A stretch of DNA of 64,000 bases from Candidatus Latescibacterota bacterium (GCA_965208835.1 OZ242358.1:2368001-2432000); one strand, 5' to 3'; shown: positions 38,724-48,669, numbered from the stretch's first letter. Notes: a model not told the origin generated them from the letters alone. Made by a program: numbers and translations.

Positions 38724-41477
38724 ATGTTTTCGAAACGCACATCGCTGTTGATCGCCTCGTTAACGACGTTTGTTCTCGCAGGTCTGTCGTCGCTCTCCTT
38801 CGGCCAGCAGCTACGCCTGGATACGCAGATCGAAACTCCGCCGCAGAATAACAGCGCGCTGGAGTTGCCGGAAATGCAGGCGGGTGAGACCATCCAGTTT
38901 CAGCTATTCGTGCCAGGAGCAGCGGGGCGTCAGATCCAAGGATACTCGGTCGAACTGGCGCTGCGCGGCAAGACGTTCGGCAGCTATATCGACAACGTAT
39001 CCGGCGTCGATTGGAACAGTAATGCTCTTCTATCCCGGGTTTCGGCAACCGGCAATCCGACGCTGTCGATGCTGTCCATTTCTGCCGTGAGTATCCCCGA
39101 CGGCGGGTATCTGGGTCAGGTGAACCTGAGGGTGAGCAGGGCGCTCACCTCGTCGGACGTTTTTGCGGTTCAGTCGGCGTCGACTGCCGGCGCGGGAGGC
39201 GTTCAGAATCTGGACGTGACGCAGGCGGTACTGGCCTTTAGGCAGGCGCCAGCATGTCCAGGCGATTTCAACGGCGACGGGATGGTGAACCTGGCAGATT
39301 TCCTGGCCTTTGCAGGCGGATTCGGCGCCAGGTCAGGAGATGCCAACTACGATTCCGGCCTGGATATGGACGGCAGCGGCGCGATCGATCTGTCCGATTT
39401 CCTGGCCTTTGCGGGGGTATTCGGCACGACATGTCCCGTCCACGTGTCCCCTCCGGTGTCCATCCCGGACGCGAACCTGCGTCGCGCTATTGAGAACAGC
39501 CTTGGGAAGGCGAGGGGCGCCGAGATCACACGTGCCGAGATGGCGACGTTTACGAGGCTTGTGGCGGAGAGTTTGGAAATCAGCGATTTGACCGGGCTTG
39601 AGTTTGCAACCAACCTTCAAGAGTTAAACCTTAGATTCAACGACATTTCAGACGCGTCAACCTTGTCTGGGTTGACCAAGCTCACAGTGTTGGATCTATA
39701 CGCCAACAGACTTAAGGAAACGTCGCGACTGGCCGGACTGATCGACCTGAAGAGGCTTGAGCTTGGCTACAATGCCGCTGGCCCAAACACACCTCTGGAT
39801 GTCCGAGCGTTAACCGGATTGACGAATCTGAGGTACTTGGGTCTGTGGGGCAACTACCTCGTTGACTTGTCACCACTGTCAAGCTTGACCAATCTTAACG
39901 AACTGCGGCTTAGTTCCAACAGAATCGTAGATGTGTCTCCACTGGCTGCCTTGAAAGATCTCAGACTGCTGTCGCTATTTTTCAATCGGATTTCAGATGT
40001 ATCTGCGTTATCAGGACTAACCAACCTGGAGGTGCTCGAATTCAGCAACAATCGATTAGAGGATGTTACTGCACTCACCGGAATGACCAAACTGAAATTA
40101 GCGTATCTTGATGGCAATAATATCAATGACGTATCACCTTTAAGCGGCTTGATCAACTTGACGAATCTCTCTCTTGGTCGCAACAACATCAGGGACGTTT
40201 CAACCTTGAGTGGCTTGATCAGCCTGACGGGGCTGGATCTCTCATCGAATAGCATCACAGACGCCTCCTCTCTTGCAGGCCTTGTCAGTTTGTCCAAACT
40301 GGATCTTCAATACAACAGAATCCGTGACCTGGCGTCGCTGGTGACGAACGCGGGATTAGATTCGGGAGATGAAGTCGACGTGAGAGGCAATCCATTGAGC
40401 GCTACTTCCATCAACGTGCACGTCCCCGCGCTCGAGGCACGGGGAGTCAGCATTTCGTTCGATGAGACGATTGTCTTCACCGAGCCGCAAATATACAACG
40501 ACAACGTATTTGTCCTGCCCGTTACGGAAAACCTCGCCGCGGGCAATCTCCCGTTGGACGAATACGCGACGCGCTTCTACACCTACTTCAGCGATGCATT
40601 CGATTTCCTGGTTTTCTTTCCGAGTCTGACATGGCCACAACTCGATGCCGATGCGTTCAAGGGCGCATTCTATGCCGGCGTCGGGAACAATGTGGAGGGA
40701 ATCGGAAAAGGGGTTTTCTTCAACGCTGCATGGGGTTCGGCACGGAAGCTGCAGGGCGGGCTTTTTTTCGCGTTTCTTTCCGCCCCGGATTGGGAACATT
40801 CCCGGCTGGTACGGGGCCCCATGCTGCACGAGTTGATGCACCGCTGGGCGAACTTCATCGTAGAGCCCGCAGTACCTCACTGGGATTTCACGAGCGCCGA
40901 CGGCATCCTCGGTGGATTTGACATTGCCAACCTCGTCGATCGTGGCGCCGGACGTTACAGCGCCCTTGGCGCTTATACAGGAGGATGGGCACTGAACCTC
41001 AAACCCTACAGCCCGATTGAGCTGTACCTGGCCGGACTCATACCGCCGGAACAGGTGCCCGACCTCTGGGTCGCCGAGGACGGCGAAATTGTGAATCACG
41101 GGCGTGGCGATGCCCCTGACGAATTCACGGCAAGTCGTGTCAAAACGTATTCCATCGAGCATATCGTCGCCGAGCACGGGCCGCGTGTGCCCGACCATAC
41201 GCAGTCCCAGAAGGCATATCGCGCGGCGGTCATTCTACTGGTGAGCGATGACTATCCGGCAGTCCGAAAAAGCCTGGAGGCGCTGAGCAGCGATGCGACC
41301 CTGTTCAGCCACGCGGGACACGACCAAATTGACGAGTGGTACAATTTCTATGAGGCGACGGGGGGCAGGGCGACGATCGCGATGGACGGGCTGTCGCGGT
41401 TCAAGGGCACAGGCGCGTCAAAACGACCCGCGGTGCGTTCATTCGGAACACCGCCGCCGCCCCATCTGGATCATTAG
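38724..41477 (+). CDS. secreted cohesin-like + dockerin/EF-hand + internalin-type LRR + HEXXH metallopeptidase-like domain
   Basis: Signal peptide MFSKRTSLL...; N-terminus paralogous to ORF 30986; 22-aa LxxNxIxDVSxLSGLTNL repeats; MLHELMHRW; YSPIELYLAG. Confidence 0.87.
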   Translation: MFSKRTSLLIASLTTFVLAGLSSLSFGQQLRLDTQIETPPQNNSALELPEMQAGETIQFQLFVPGAAGRQIQGYSVELALRGKTFGSYIDNVSGVDWNSNALLSRVSATGNPTLSMLSISAVSIPDGGYLGQVNLRVSRALTSSDVFAVQSASTAGAGGVQNLDVTQAVLAFRQAPACPGDFNGDGMVNLADFLAFAGGFGARSGDANYDSGLDMDGSGAIDLSDFLAFAGVFGTTCPVHVSPPVSIPDANLRRAIENSLGKARGAEITRAEMATFTRLVAESLEISDLTGLEFATNLQELNLRFNDISDASTLSGLTKLTVLDLYANRLKETSRLAGLIDLKRLELGYNAAGPNTPLDVRALTGLTNLRYLGLWGNYLVDLSPLSSLTNLNELRLSSNRIVDVSPLAALKDLRLLSLFFNRISDVSALSGLTNLEVLEFSNNRLEDVTALTGMTKLKLAYLDGNNINDVSPLSGLINLTNLSLGRNNIRDVSTLSGLISLTGLDLSSNSITDASSLAGLVSLSKLDLQYNRIRDLASLVTNAGLDSGDEVDVRGNPLSATSINVHVPALEARGVSISFDETIVFTEPQIYNDNVFVLPVTENLAAGNLPLDEYATRFYTYFSDAFDFLVFFPSLTWPQLDADAFKGAFYAGVGNNVEGIGKGVFFNAAWGSARKLQGGLFFAFLSAPDWEHSRLVRGPMLHELMHRWANFIVEPAVPHWDFTSADGILGGFDIANLVDRGAGRYSALGAYTGGWALNLKPYSPIELYLAGLIPPEQVPDLWVAEDGEIVNHGRGDAPDEFTASRVKTYSIEHIVAEHGPRVPDHTQSQKAYRAAVILLVSDDYPAVRKSLEALSSDATLFSHAGHDQIDEWYNFYEATGGRATIAMDGLSRFKGTGASKRPAVRSFGTPPPPHLDH

Positions 41478-41556
41478 CGGTAAGGTGGGAGATGCCCGGA
41501 TTTCGCTAATCTGTAATGAGTTGTGCTTAGTCGCACTCGAGTTCCGCACGCCCAAT

Positions 41557-41594
41557 ACACCCAGGCCCTCGAAATCCCCGGGGCCTGGGTGTTT
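41557..41594 (+). terminator. putative terminator
   Basis: ACACCCAGGCCC...GGGCCTGGGTGT-TT. Confidence 0.6.
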
Positions 41595-41745
41595 AATCCT
41601 ACGGGGATGCACCGAAGAACCGGCATCTTGACCGAATGCGCCTGCCGTATTATCTTGGTCGCAGGCCGTCCGCGTGAATGGGACACTCAGTTTCCGGTGG
41701 TTGGCAATTGCGCCCGTTCGTCGATGTTTTAGGCCTGGTGGACAC

Positions 41746-41787
41746 AAAAACAGGGAAGTTGAGAAATGCTCCCAACTTCCCGTTGTT
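41746..41787 (-). terminator. tRNA-Arg terminator
   Basis: GGGAAGTTG...CAACTTCCC hairpin with an A-run on its left (T-run on the minus strand). Confidence 0.75.
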
Positions 41788-41790
41788 ATA

Positions 41791-41867
41791 TGGTGCGGAT
41801 GCCAGGATTCGAACCCGGAACCGCCTGGTCCGTAGCCAGGTGCTCTATCCAGTTGAGCTACATCCGC
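41791..41867 (-). tRNA. tRNA-Arg (ACG)
   Basis: GCGGATG-TAGCTCAACTGGATAGAGC-A-CCTGG-CTACGGA-CCAGG...GGTTCGAATCC...CATCCGC-A-CCA, 77 nt. Confidence 0.97.
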
Positions 41868-41915
41868 ACCGTTTCGATCGTCCGAAACGCCATTTTACTG
41901 GAATTGCAGGCACTT

Positions 41916-41944
41916 AAATTAACCAAAACCCACGGCCGTGTCAA
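41916..41944 (-). promoter_or_regulatory. sigma70-type promoter of tRNA-Arg
   Basis: TTGACA-17nt-TAATTT on the minus strand. Confidence 0.65.
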
Positions 41945-42048
41945 GGAATCCCGGCGGTAACGGATGCTCCGAACGGGTTGCGAAATCGCAGGATTCGACG
42001 GGTTCGGACCTCAATCTTGAATGAATAAACATCCTGAAGGAGGGTACG

Positions 42049-44133
42049 GTGAGTGAATCTGAATACCCTGTTTATGTAGCCGAGGAATTCTGGGGACAGG
42101 TAAAGCGGGATGCATCGGGGCTGGGCCTGCCGGCGGACGTGTCGGACCCCGCGGACGAAGCGGCCGCGTGGCGGGCGTGGCACGGCTATCTGGCCGGCAG
42201 GGCAGAGCCCACGTGGCACTTCGACTCGAAGCGGTTCGGCGATACCATCCGTACCCACTGGCCGGGGCTGGCTCGCGTGTGGGTCGAACAGTCGGATCTG
42301 CTGATCGAAGGGAAGATGATTTATGGCGAAGATACGGTGGACTACGTGCCGGGGGTCGGTCTGGACTGGAACGCGAACCCGCACAGGACCACATCCTGGG
42401 TAGGGTTGCACTACCTGTTTTTCGTTAGGTGGCCCATCCGTGCGGCGATGCTGACCGGGGACGGAAGATACGTCGGGGTGGTTTCCGACTGTCTTCGAAG
42501 CTATATCGATCAGATGGACGATATCCGCGACGATGCAGAGGTGGTCGGACGAGGCGCAGAGGGGGGCGGGCTCTACACGGTGTGGAATACGCTTGCCGTG
42601 GGGTTGAAGCTGAAAGCCCTGGGCGAAGCGCTTTACGGGTTGCGCGCCCATCCGGACTGGACGGTGGAAGACTGCCGGGCCGCTTCCGTCATGATCTGGC
42701 GCCATGCACGCCATCTGTACGGACAGGTGGCGTCCCAGTCTGCGGTGGAATGGCAGCAGCAGTTGAACTTCATTTCCTCGGGCAGCGGCGGCCTGGGCGG
42801 CGTGGGCGCGCTGCTGCCGGAGTGGGAGTCCGCGGAAGAATGGCTCGAAACTGCCAGACAGATCCAGGAAGTGCTGCTTCTGAACCAGGTGTATCCGGAC
42901 GGATTTCAGAAGGAAATATGCACACAGTACCACAAAACCGTCATTCGTTCGTTCGCCACGCTGCAGATGATCCTTGCCCGACGGGGGCTGCCCAGCTTTT
43001 ACGATACGGAACCGTTCCGGGCGCGTTTTCTGGCGATGCACCGTTTCCTCGCCGAAATCCTCACGCCGGACGGGTTCACGCCGGCCATCAATTCAGCGGT
43101 GTACGCGCAGGACTGGCCGGCGTTCCTGGCCGCAGGCAACTCCTTCTTCAAGGACCCGGTCCTCCAGTGGCACATCGACCGCGGGTACCATCCGGATCTC
43201 GTGCCGGTCCAGAAGGGCGGGCCGGGTTGGGGCAACACGATACTGAACGACCTGTGCGTGCCAAGACCCGAGGGGGTATCGGTCCAGGCGCCCGCCCCGG
43301 ATTCCCGCCAGTTCCCCGATTCGGGTGTCGCGGTGCTTCGCGACGGCTGGGATGGGGACGCGAACGTTCTGGTGCTGGACTTCGGACATCCCGAAGGCGG
43401 GCACGCCTACGGTGCGCAGGCTTCGTTTTCGGCCTGGGTAAAGGGTCGCCCCGCGGCGCTCTCTCCCGGGTCTCCGTTCGCATACAGCGATCCGGACTAC
43501 CGGCCCTGGTATCACAGCACGCGGGGGCAGAATACGGTCTGGATCGACGGGGACGACCAGGATTTCTGGCGCCCTGGCGAAAAGCGGCGGATCTGGGGCA
43601 GGATGCTCGAGTGGCGGGATACGCAAGAAGAGACCTTGATACGCGTCTCGCACGAGGGATACCTGCGCTCGAAGGGCGTGCGGCACGAACGGACGGTACT
43701 GTTGAAAAAGGGAAGGTATTTCCTGATTTACGACCTGCTGGATGCCGCGGAGAGCGAGGACTCGCGAACGCTGCGGTGGACGCTGCGCTGCCCCGATGAA
43801 CTGCGCGAGGCGGACAATCGCGCGGTCGTCAGCAAGGGTACTCCCGGCATCAGGCTGGCGCCCGCGTGGCCCGAATCGATCCGAAGCGTGGAAGTCGGCT
43901 GGGGCCCCAGCATGGTCCCGCTGAGCTATCAGCCGGACATGTCGGCGCAGAGGGCGCCGGTCTGCCATGCCAGGCTTGTGCAGGACGTCGCCGCCGGCGG
44001 GCAGGCCCGCTTTCTCGTGCTGATGGCGTCGGGGGACTGCCCGGACGGATCGGTCAATGGCGACGTGGTCGACGGCGGGGTGGTGGCAACCATAACCGCC
44101 TGGGGCGAAACGGACCCCGTCCTGTTGAAATAG
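42049..44133 (+). CDS. heparinase II/III family (alginate-lyase-like) protein
   Basis: QVYPDGFQKEICTQYH, FPDSGVAVLRDGW, GGHAY, HSTRGQNTVWIDG, SHEGY. RBS AGGAGG. Confidence 0.82.
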   Translation: MSESEYPVYVAEEFWGQVKRDASGLGLPADVSDPADEAAAWRAWHGYLAGRAEPTWHFDSKRFGDTIRTHWPGLARVWVEQSDLLIEGKMIYGEDTVDYVPGVGLDWNANPHRTTSWVGLHYLFFVRWPIRAAMLTGDGRYVGVVSDCLRSYIDQMDDIRDDAEVVGRGAEGGGLYTVWNTLAVGLKLKALGEALYGLRAHPDWTVEDCRAASVMIWRHARHLYGQVASQSAVEWQQQLNFISSGSGGLGGVGALLPEWESAEEWLETARQIQEVLLLNQVYPDGFQKEICTQYHKTVIRSFATLQMILARRGLPSFYDTEPFRARFLAMHRFLAEILTPDGFTPAINSAVYAQDWPAFLAAGNSFFKDPVLQWHIDRGYHPDLVPVQKGGPGWGNTILNDLCVPRPEGVSVQAPAPDSRQFPDSGVAVLRDGWDGDANVLVLDFGHPEGGHAYGAQASFSAWVKGRPAALSPGSPFAYSDPDYRPWYHSTRGQNTVWIDGDDQDFWRPGEKRRIWGRMLEWRDTQEETLIRVSHEGYLRSKGVRHERTVLLKKGRYFLIYDLLDAAESEDSRTLRWTLRCPDELREADNRAVVSKGTPGIRLAPAWPESIRSVEVGWGPSMVPLSYQPDMSAQRAPVCHARLVQDVAAGGQARFLVLMASGDCPDGSVNGDVVDGGVVATITAWGETDPVLLK

Positions 44134-44156
44134 CGGAGGAATCCGGAGGCAAGGCC

Positions 44157-45845
44157 GTGGCGACGCAGGCTGGGAAATTCAAGGTTCGAGTGGAACGCAA
44201 CGTGGAAGCGAAGATGCGGGACGGCGTGGTTCTTCGCGCCGACGTGGCGCGGCCCGACGCGGAGGGGAAGTTCCCGGCGCTCGTTCAGCGTACGCCGTAC
44301 GGTAAGGCCGCCAATACGCAACTGGCGGAGGCGGGGTACGTCGTCGTTTCCCAGGACATGCGCGGTCGCTACGCTTCGGACGGCGTTTTTACACCCAAGT
44401 TCATGCCGGGGTACCGGGACGCGGCGGACGGCTTCGATACCGTCGAGTGGGCGGCCTGCCTGCCGTACGCAAACGGAAGAGTCGGGGTGTACGGGATCTC
44501 CTATCCTTCCTGGGCATCATGGGAGCTCGCGTCAGCCAGGCCGCCGCACCTGGTTGCCATGTTCAACGGCGGGTACGCCACGCGGCTGACGGACTGGGAG
44601 CTGGGCGGCGTGCTGCGCACCGGACGCGTGCAGCAGTGGCTTTTCCGGACGCTCGGCCCGGACCTGCGACGCCGCAAGGGTCTGCCCCCGCCGCACACAC
44701 CGGCCGAGGCGGGGGAGTCGGCCGGCAAGGATAGAGAGAAGCCCCTGTGGTTCTTGCCGCTGAAGGACATGCCCGACGAGTACGCCTGCGGCTGCCGGGA
44801 GATCTGGCATTACTGGCTGGACCACCATCACGAGGATATTTTCGATTTTCAGAAGCGGCACGGGGAAGTCGACGTGCCGGTCCTGCACATCACGGGCTGG
44901 CACGACCGGCTGGTCCTGACGGTCGATCACTTCGCGGGTATGCGGGCCAACGGCCGCACGCCGGCCGCCCGAAAGGCGCAGCGGCTGGTTGTAGGCCCCT
45001 GGTCCCACGGATCGCAGTGTCCCCGGCGGGTCGGCGAAATGGACTTCGGGAAGTCGGCGGCCGTCGACTTCAACGCATTGATAATCCGCTGGTTCGATTA
45101 CTGGCTTAAGGGCAAGTCCAACGGAATGATGCGGACGGCGCCCGTCCGGTATTTCGTGATGGGAGAGAACCGGTGGCGCACCGCGCCGGCGTGGCCGGTA
45201 CCCGGGGCGAAGCCCGCGTCGTTTCACATGGTCTCCGACGGCGGCGCAAACACGGCCTCGGGAGACGGGCGGCTTGTGAGAAGACGTCCGCGAGAGCCGG
45301 GCAGCGACCGGTACGATTACGACCCCCGCGACCCGGTGATGTCGTTGTTCTACGAGAGTTGCCAGGATGCGCCGTACGATCAGCGCCGGCTGGACGGCCG
45401 GCGGGACGTGCTTGTGTACACGACAGGCCGCCTGCGGTCCGGCGTCCGCCTGGTCGGCCGGCCGGAAGTGGTGCTGCATGCGGCCTCCAGCGCCAGGGAC
45501 ACGGACTTTATCGTCAAGTTGATGGACGTCCATCCGGACGGATACGTACATCAGGTCAGCTATGGAATCGTGCGGGCGAGATTCCGGAACGGGTTTGACA
45601 ATCCGCAGCCGCTGACGCCAGGGCAAATCTTTCGATACCGGATCCCGATGCTCCCCACGGCCGTACTGTTCCGTCCCGGCCACCGGATCAGGCTGGACGT
45701 GACGAGTTCGGATTTTCCGAATTTCGACCGGAATCACAACACGGGAGGAGACGATTACGGGGAAGCCGCGTTCGTGACGGCGCGACAGGAAATATACCAC
45801 GGTCCGGTTCATCCTTCCCGGGTGGTTCTGCCTCTCGTCGGTTGA
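44157..45845 (+). CDS. CocE/NonD family serine hydrolase
   Basis: MRDGVVLRAD, QRTPYGK, QDMRGRYASDG, GISY nucleophile, GPWSHG, SSDFPNFDRN. GTG follows GGAGG. Confidence 0.92.
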   Translation: MATQAGKFKVRVERNVEAKMRDGVVLRADVARPDAEGKFPALVQRTPYGKAANTQLAEAGYVVVSQDMRGRYASDGVFTPKFMPGYRDAADGFDTVEWAACLPYANGRVGVYGISYPSWASWELASARPPHLVAMFNGGYATRLTDWELGGVLRTGRVQQWLFRTLGPDLRRRKGLPPPHTPAEAGESAGKDREKPLWFLPLKDMPDEYACGCREIWHYWLDHHHEDIFDFQKRHGEVDVPVLHITGWHDRLVLTVDHFAGMRANGRTPAARKAQRLVVGPWSHGSQCPRRVGEMDFGKSAAVDFNALIIRWFDYWLKGKSNGMMRTAPVRYFVMGENRWRTAPAWPVPGAKPASFHMVSDGGANTASGDGRLVRRRPREPGSDRYDYDPRDPVMSLFYESCQDAPYDQRRLDGRRDVLVYTTGRLRSGVRLVGRPEVVLHAASSARDTDFIVKLMDVHPDGYVHQVSYGIVRARFRNGFDNPQPLTPGQIFRYRIPMLPTAVLFRPGHRIRLDVTSSDFPNFDRNHNTGGDDYGEAAFVTARQEIYHGPVHPSRVVLPLVG

Positions 45846-45857
45846 CGGTCCGTGGGC

Positions 45858-45886
45858 TTGACACCATCCGGCGGCCGGCGTATTTT
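45858..45886 (+). promoter_or_regulatory. putative promoter
   Basis: TTGACA-17nt-TATTTT upstream of ORF 45978. Confidence 0.6.
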
Positions 45887-45977
45887 GCAATCGCATGTAA
45901 ACCGGTTGTAACGCAATCGTGCGACGTCAGTTACGAGCCGCCCGACCGCGTCCAATTCACCAGGAACAGACAGAACG

Positions 45978-47222
45978 ATGGACGATCTTTCAACCAACCG
46001 GCCGATAACGGCGCGCAGGGAGATGGTTTTGCGGGTGGGCCAGAGCGAAGGCGACCTGCGGGGTAGCGACGACAGGGTGTTGCAGGCCGGCGCGGACTAT
46101 CTTCGCCGGCTGGGAGGCGGAATCCTGCAGATTCTCCCCGGTGAGTACACAATGCGCAACGCGCTCTATCTGCATCCCAGACTTACGGTCCGCGGCGAGG
46201 GCGAAGCGACGGTGCTGAAGAAGGCGCCGGGTTTCAAGACCGATCTGATTCGGGATTCGGACTGGTACGAGTCGCGCGTCGCCGTCCGGGACGCGGACGG
46301 ATTCGGCGCCGGATGTGGGGTGATGCTCCGGGCGTTTCGCGGCGGAGACGGCCGGATGGAAGTCGTCAAAGACACCGTAACAGCGGTGGAAGGCAACCTG
46401 GTTTCGCTGAGCAGGCGGATCTACAAGAACATGTGGCTGGAAGAACGCGCGACCCTGGCCACGGTATTTCCGATCCTCACCGCGGAGGAAGGCGTGCACG
46501 ACGTCCGGGTCGAGGACATCGTGCTCGACGGAAACCGCGAGGAAAACGAGGAGATAAACGGGAACTATTCCGGCGCGGTGTTCGTGCAGCGCTGCCACCG
46601 GTACCGGTTCTCCAATGTAACCGCGCGGAACTACAATGGAGACGGATTCAGCTTTCAGGTCTGCGATGACTTCGTCTTTGAGAATTGCGTGTCGCAGCAG
46701 AACGCCAATCTGGGGTTTCACCCCGGAAGCGGTTCGCAGCGGCCGGTGTTCCGGGACTGCCGGTCAACCGGCAACAGCCAGGGCATCTTCTTCTGCTGGG
46801 GGGTGACGGACGGGCTCGCGGAGCGCTGCATCTGCTCGGACAATCTCGACTTCGGCATTTCCATCGGACACAGAGATACCGACAACCGGATCCGTGACTG
46901 CATCATCGAGCGGAATCACAAGGTGGGCGTGCTATTTCGCGAGCCCCAGTCGGAGTTCCGAGGCGCTCACCGGAACGTCCTGGTCTCCTGCCGGATTCGG
47001 GACAACGGATTTGCGGCCGACGGTACAGGCGTGGACGTTCTGGGAGAGACGCACCAGGTCGAGATTCGCAACTGCCGGATTGAAGACACGGGCGAGGGCA
47101 GACAGAGAATCGGTATACGCATCGACCGGCGGGCGAGGGATATCGTGGTGGAAGGGAATCGGTTCCGGAATCTGGAAGAAAATGTCAGATCGGAAGGCGT
47201 CAGGGAGGCTGCTGCGACCTGA
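45978..47222 (+). CDS. right-handed parallel beta-helix (pectin-lyase-like) protein
   Basis: LQAGADY...ILPGEY...RGEGEATVL, VLDGNR, repeated NC/DC...N..G.. rungs. Confidence 0.82.
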   Translation: MDDLSTNRPITARREMVLRVGQSEGDLRGSDDRVLQAGADYLRRLGGGILQILPGEYTMRNALYLHPRLTVRGEGEATVLKKAPGFKTDLIRDSDWYESRVAVRDADGFGAGCGVMLRAFRGGDGRMEVVKDTVTAVEGNLVSLSRRIYKNMWLEERATLATVFPILTAEEGVHDVRVEDIVLDGNREENEEINGNYSGAVFVQRCHRYRFSNVTARNYNGDGFSFQVCDDFVFENCVSQQNANLGFHPGSGSQRPVFRDCRSTGNSQGIFFCWGVTDGLAERCICSDNLDFGISIGHRDTDNRIRDCIIERNHKVGVLFREPQSEFRGAHRNVLVSCRIRDNGFAADGTGVDVLGETHQVEIRNCRIEDTGEGRQRIGIRIDRRARDIVVEGNRFRNLEENVRSEGVREAAAT

Positions 47223-47355
47223 GCCGCTCCCTGAGCCGCTGTCCTGAGCCTGTCGAAGGGTTGTCGAAGGGTCGGCGCAGGGCGTAAACGAGCGCAGACA
47301 GGCCGAGTAACACGGGCATTTCGACAAGCTCAATGACCACGTTTCGACAGGCAAT
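47218..47355 (-). repeat. inverted-pair element, copy 3, with one nested insertion
   Basis: Reverse complement matches 26110-26270; nested unit at 47238-47260; overlaps the stop codon of ORF 45978. Confidence 0.85.
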
Positions 47356-47483
47356 TTCGAAAGGCGGGCTTTCACCACTAGACAATCCATCGTGCGGCAG
47401 TGGAGTTGATTGGCGATTAATGCACCTATCCGTAACAACCCTTTATAAGGCAAAATGGATCATCGAAATTCAGGGAGCGAACC

Positions 47484-47717
47484 ATGGCAGAACCATTGAG
47501 TGAAGCCGAAATGAAAGAAAAGGCGATCCGGTACCTGAAAACACAATACGGCGAGGATACGGTGCGGATGGACATTAGAAATAACGGCGTGGAAGACGGC
47601 AGCGGCGTGCTGCACGTGGACTGCACCGTGAGCGTGGGCGGATCGCAGTCGGACTGGACGAAGTGGTTTACGTTCAGGCAGGGCGAGGTGATGAGCATGC
47701 GCTGGCAGATGCGGTAG
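47484..47717 (+). CDS. small hypothetical protein (77 aa)
   Basis: RBS AGGGAG, host-like codon usage, fills the intergenic gap. Confidence 0.7.
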   Translation: MAEPLSEAEMKEKAIRYLKTQYGEDTVRMDIRNNGVEDGSGVLHVDCTVSVGGSQSDWTKWFTFRQGEVMSMRWQMR

Positions 47718-47817
47718 CGCGCATCCGGGGGTTGTTCCGGCGTCCGCTTCCGCGGCTGTCGGATGCGTGGACCGCGGGCGCGCCCGTGCCTGGAAGCCCG
47801 AATGGGGAGGACCATAC

Positions 47818-48669
47818 GTGCCGCCAGGGAATCGCGTGGTTCGCATTGGGATGTTGAAGGCGATGCCCGCAAAATGGGACGTTGAGGCAAACTGGGCCGT
47901 GTTCGAGCAGCAGTTCGCACGGCATCGCGATTTCGGACTGGATGTCTTCGTCACGCCCGAGTGTTTCCTCGACGGGTACGCCGTGACAGAAGCGGATTGG
48001 ACCGTCCCCAAGTTTCGAAGTGTGGCTCAGACCGTGGGGGAGAGTCAATACCTCCGAAGGGTACTGGATCTGGCCAGGCGCTCAAAAACGCATGTCGCGT
48101 TCGGATTTACTGAAGCGAAGCACGGTCGCTTCTACAACGCGGCGTTGCTGGCCGGCCGCAACGGCGAGATTCTGGGCACCTATTACAAGACGCATCTGCA
48201 GAACCAGGACAGGCGTTTCGCAGCGGGACAGGATCTTCCGGTTTTCGAGCTGGACTTCGGGACTGTGGGCCTGGCCATCTGTGCCGACCGGCGGTGGCCG
48301 GAGGCCGTACGCGTACTCCGTTTGAAGGGCGCAGAGGTCTGTCTTATGCCAACGTACGGGATGTCGCACCTGGATAATGAATGGTGGATGCGCACTCGGT
48401 CCTACGAGAACCAGATGTTCGTCTGCTTCGCGCATCCCGCCGTGGCGTTCATCGCCGGGCCGACGGGTCAGCTAGATGCGAAACTCCAGTCGAGCGTGCC
48501 AGATGTACTGGTCCACGAGATCGACCTTTCGGCGGCGACCGGCGGGAACCATCTGAAAGACCGGAGGCCGGAGCTGTACGGTGTTCTGTCGGACGCGACC
48601 CATCCATCCCGCCAGGCGCCGTTTGAGCCGTCCACAGCCGAAGGCGTATGGAGGGAACGACATGACTGA
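47818..48669 (+). CDS. carbon-nitrogen hydrolase (nitrilase family)
   Basis: E-K-C triad: TPECFLDGY, YYKTHL, AICADRRWPE; DRRPELY. GTG follows GGAGG. Confidence 0.9.
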   Translation: MPPGNRVVRIGMLKAMPAKWDVEANWAVFEQQFARHRDFGLDVFVTPECFLDGYAVTEADWTVPKFRSVAQTVGESQYLRRVLDLARRSKTHVAFGFTEAKHGRFYNAALLAGRNGEILGTYYKTHLQNQDRRFAAGQDLPVFELDFGTVGLAICADRRWPEAVRVLRLKGAEVCLMPTYGMSHLDNEWWMRTRSYENQMFVCFAHPAVAFIAGPTGQLDAKLQSSVPDVLVHEIDLSAATGGNHLKDRRPELYGVLSDATHPSRQAPFEPSTAEGVWRERHD

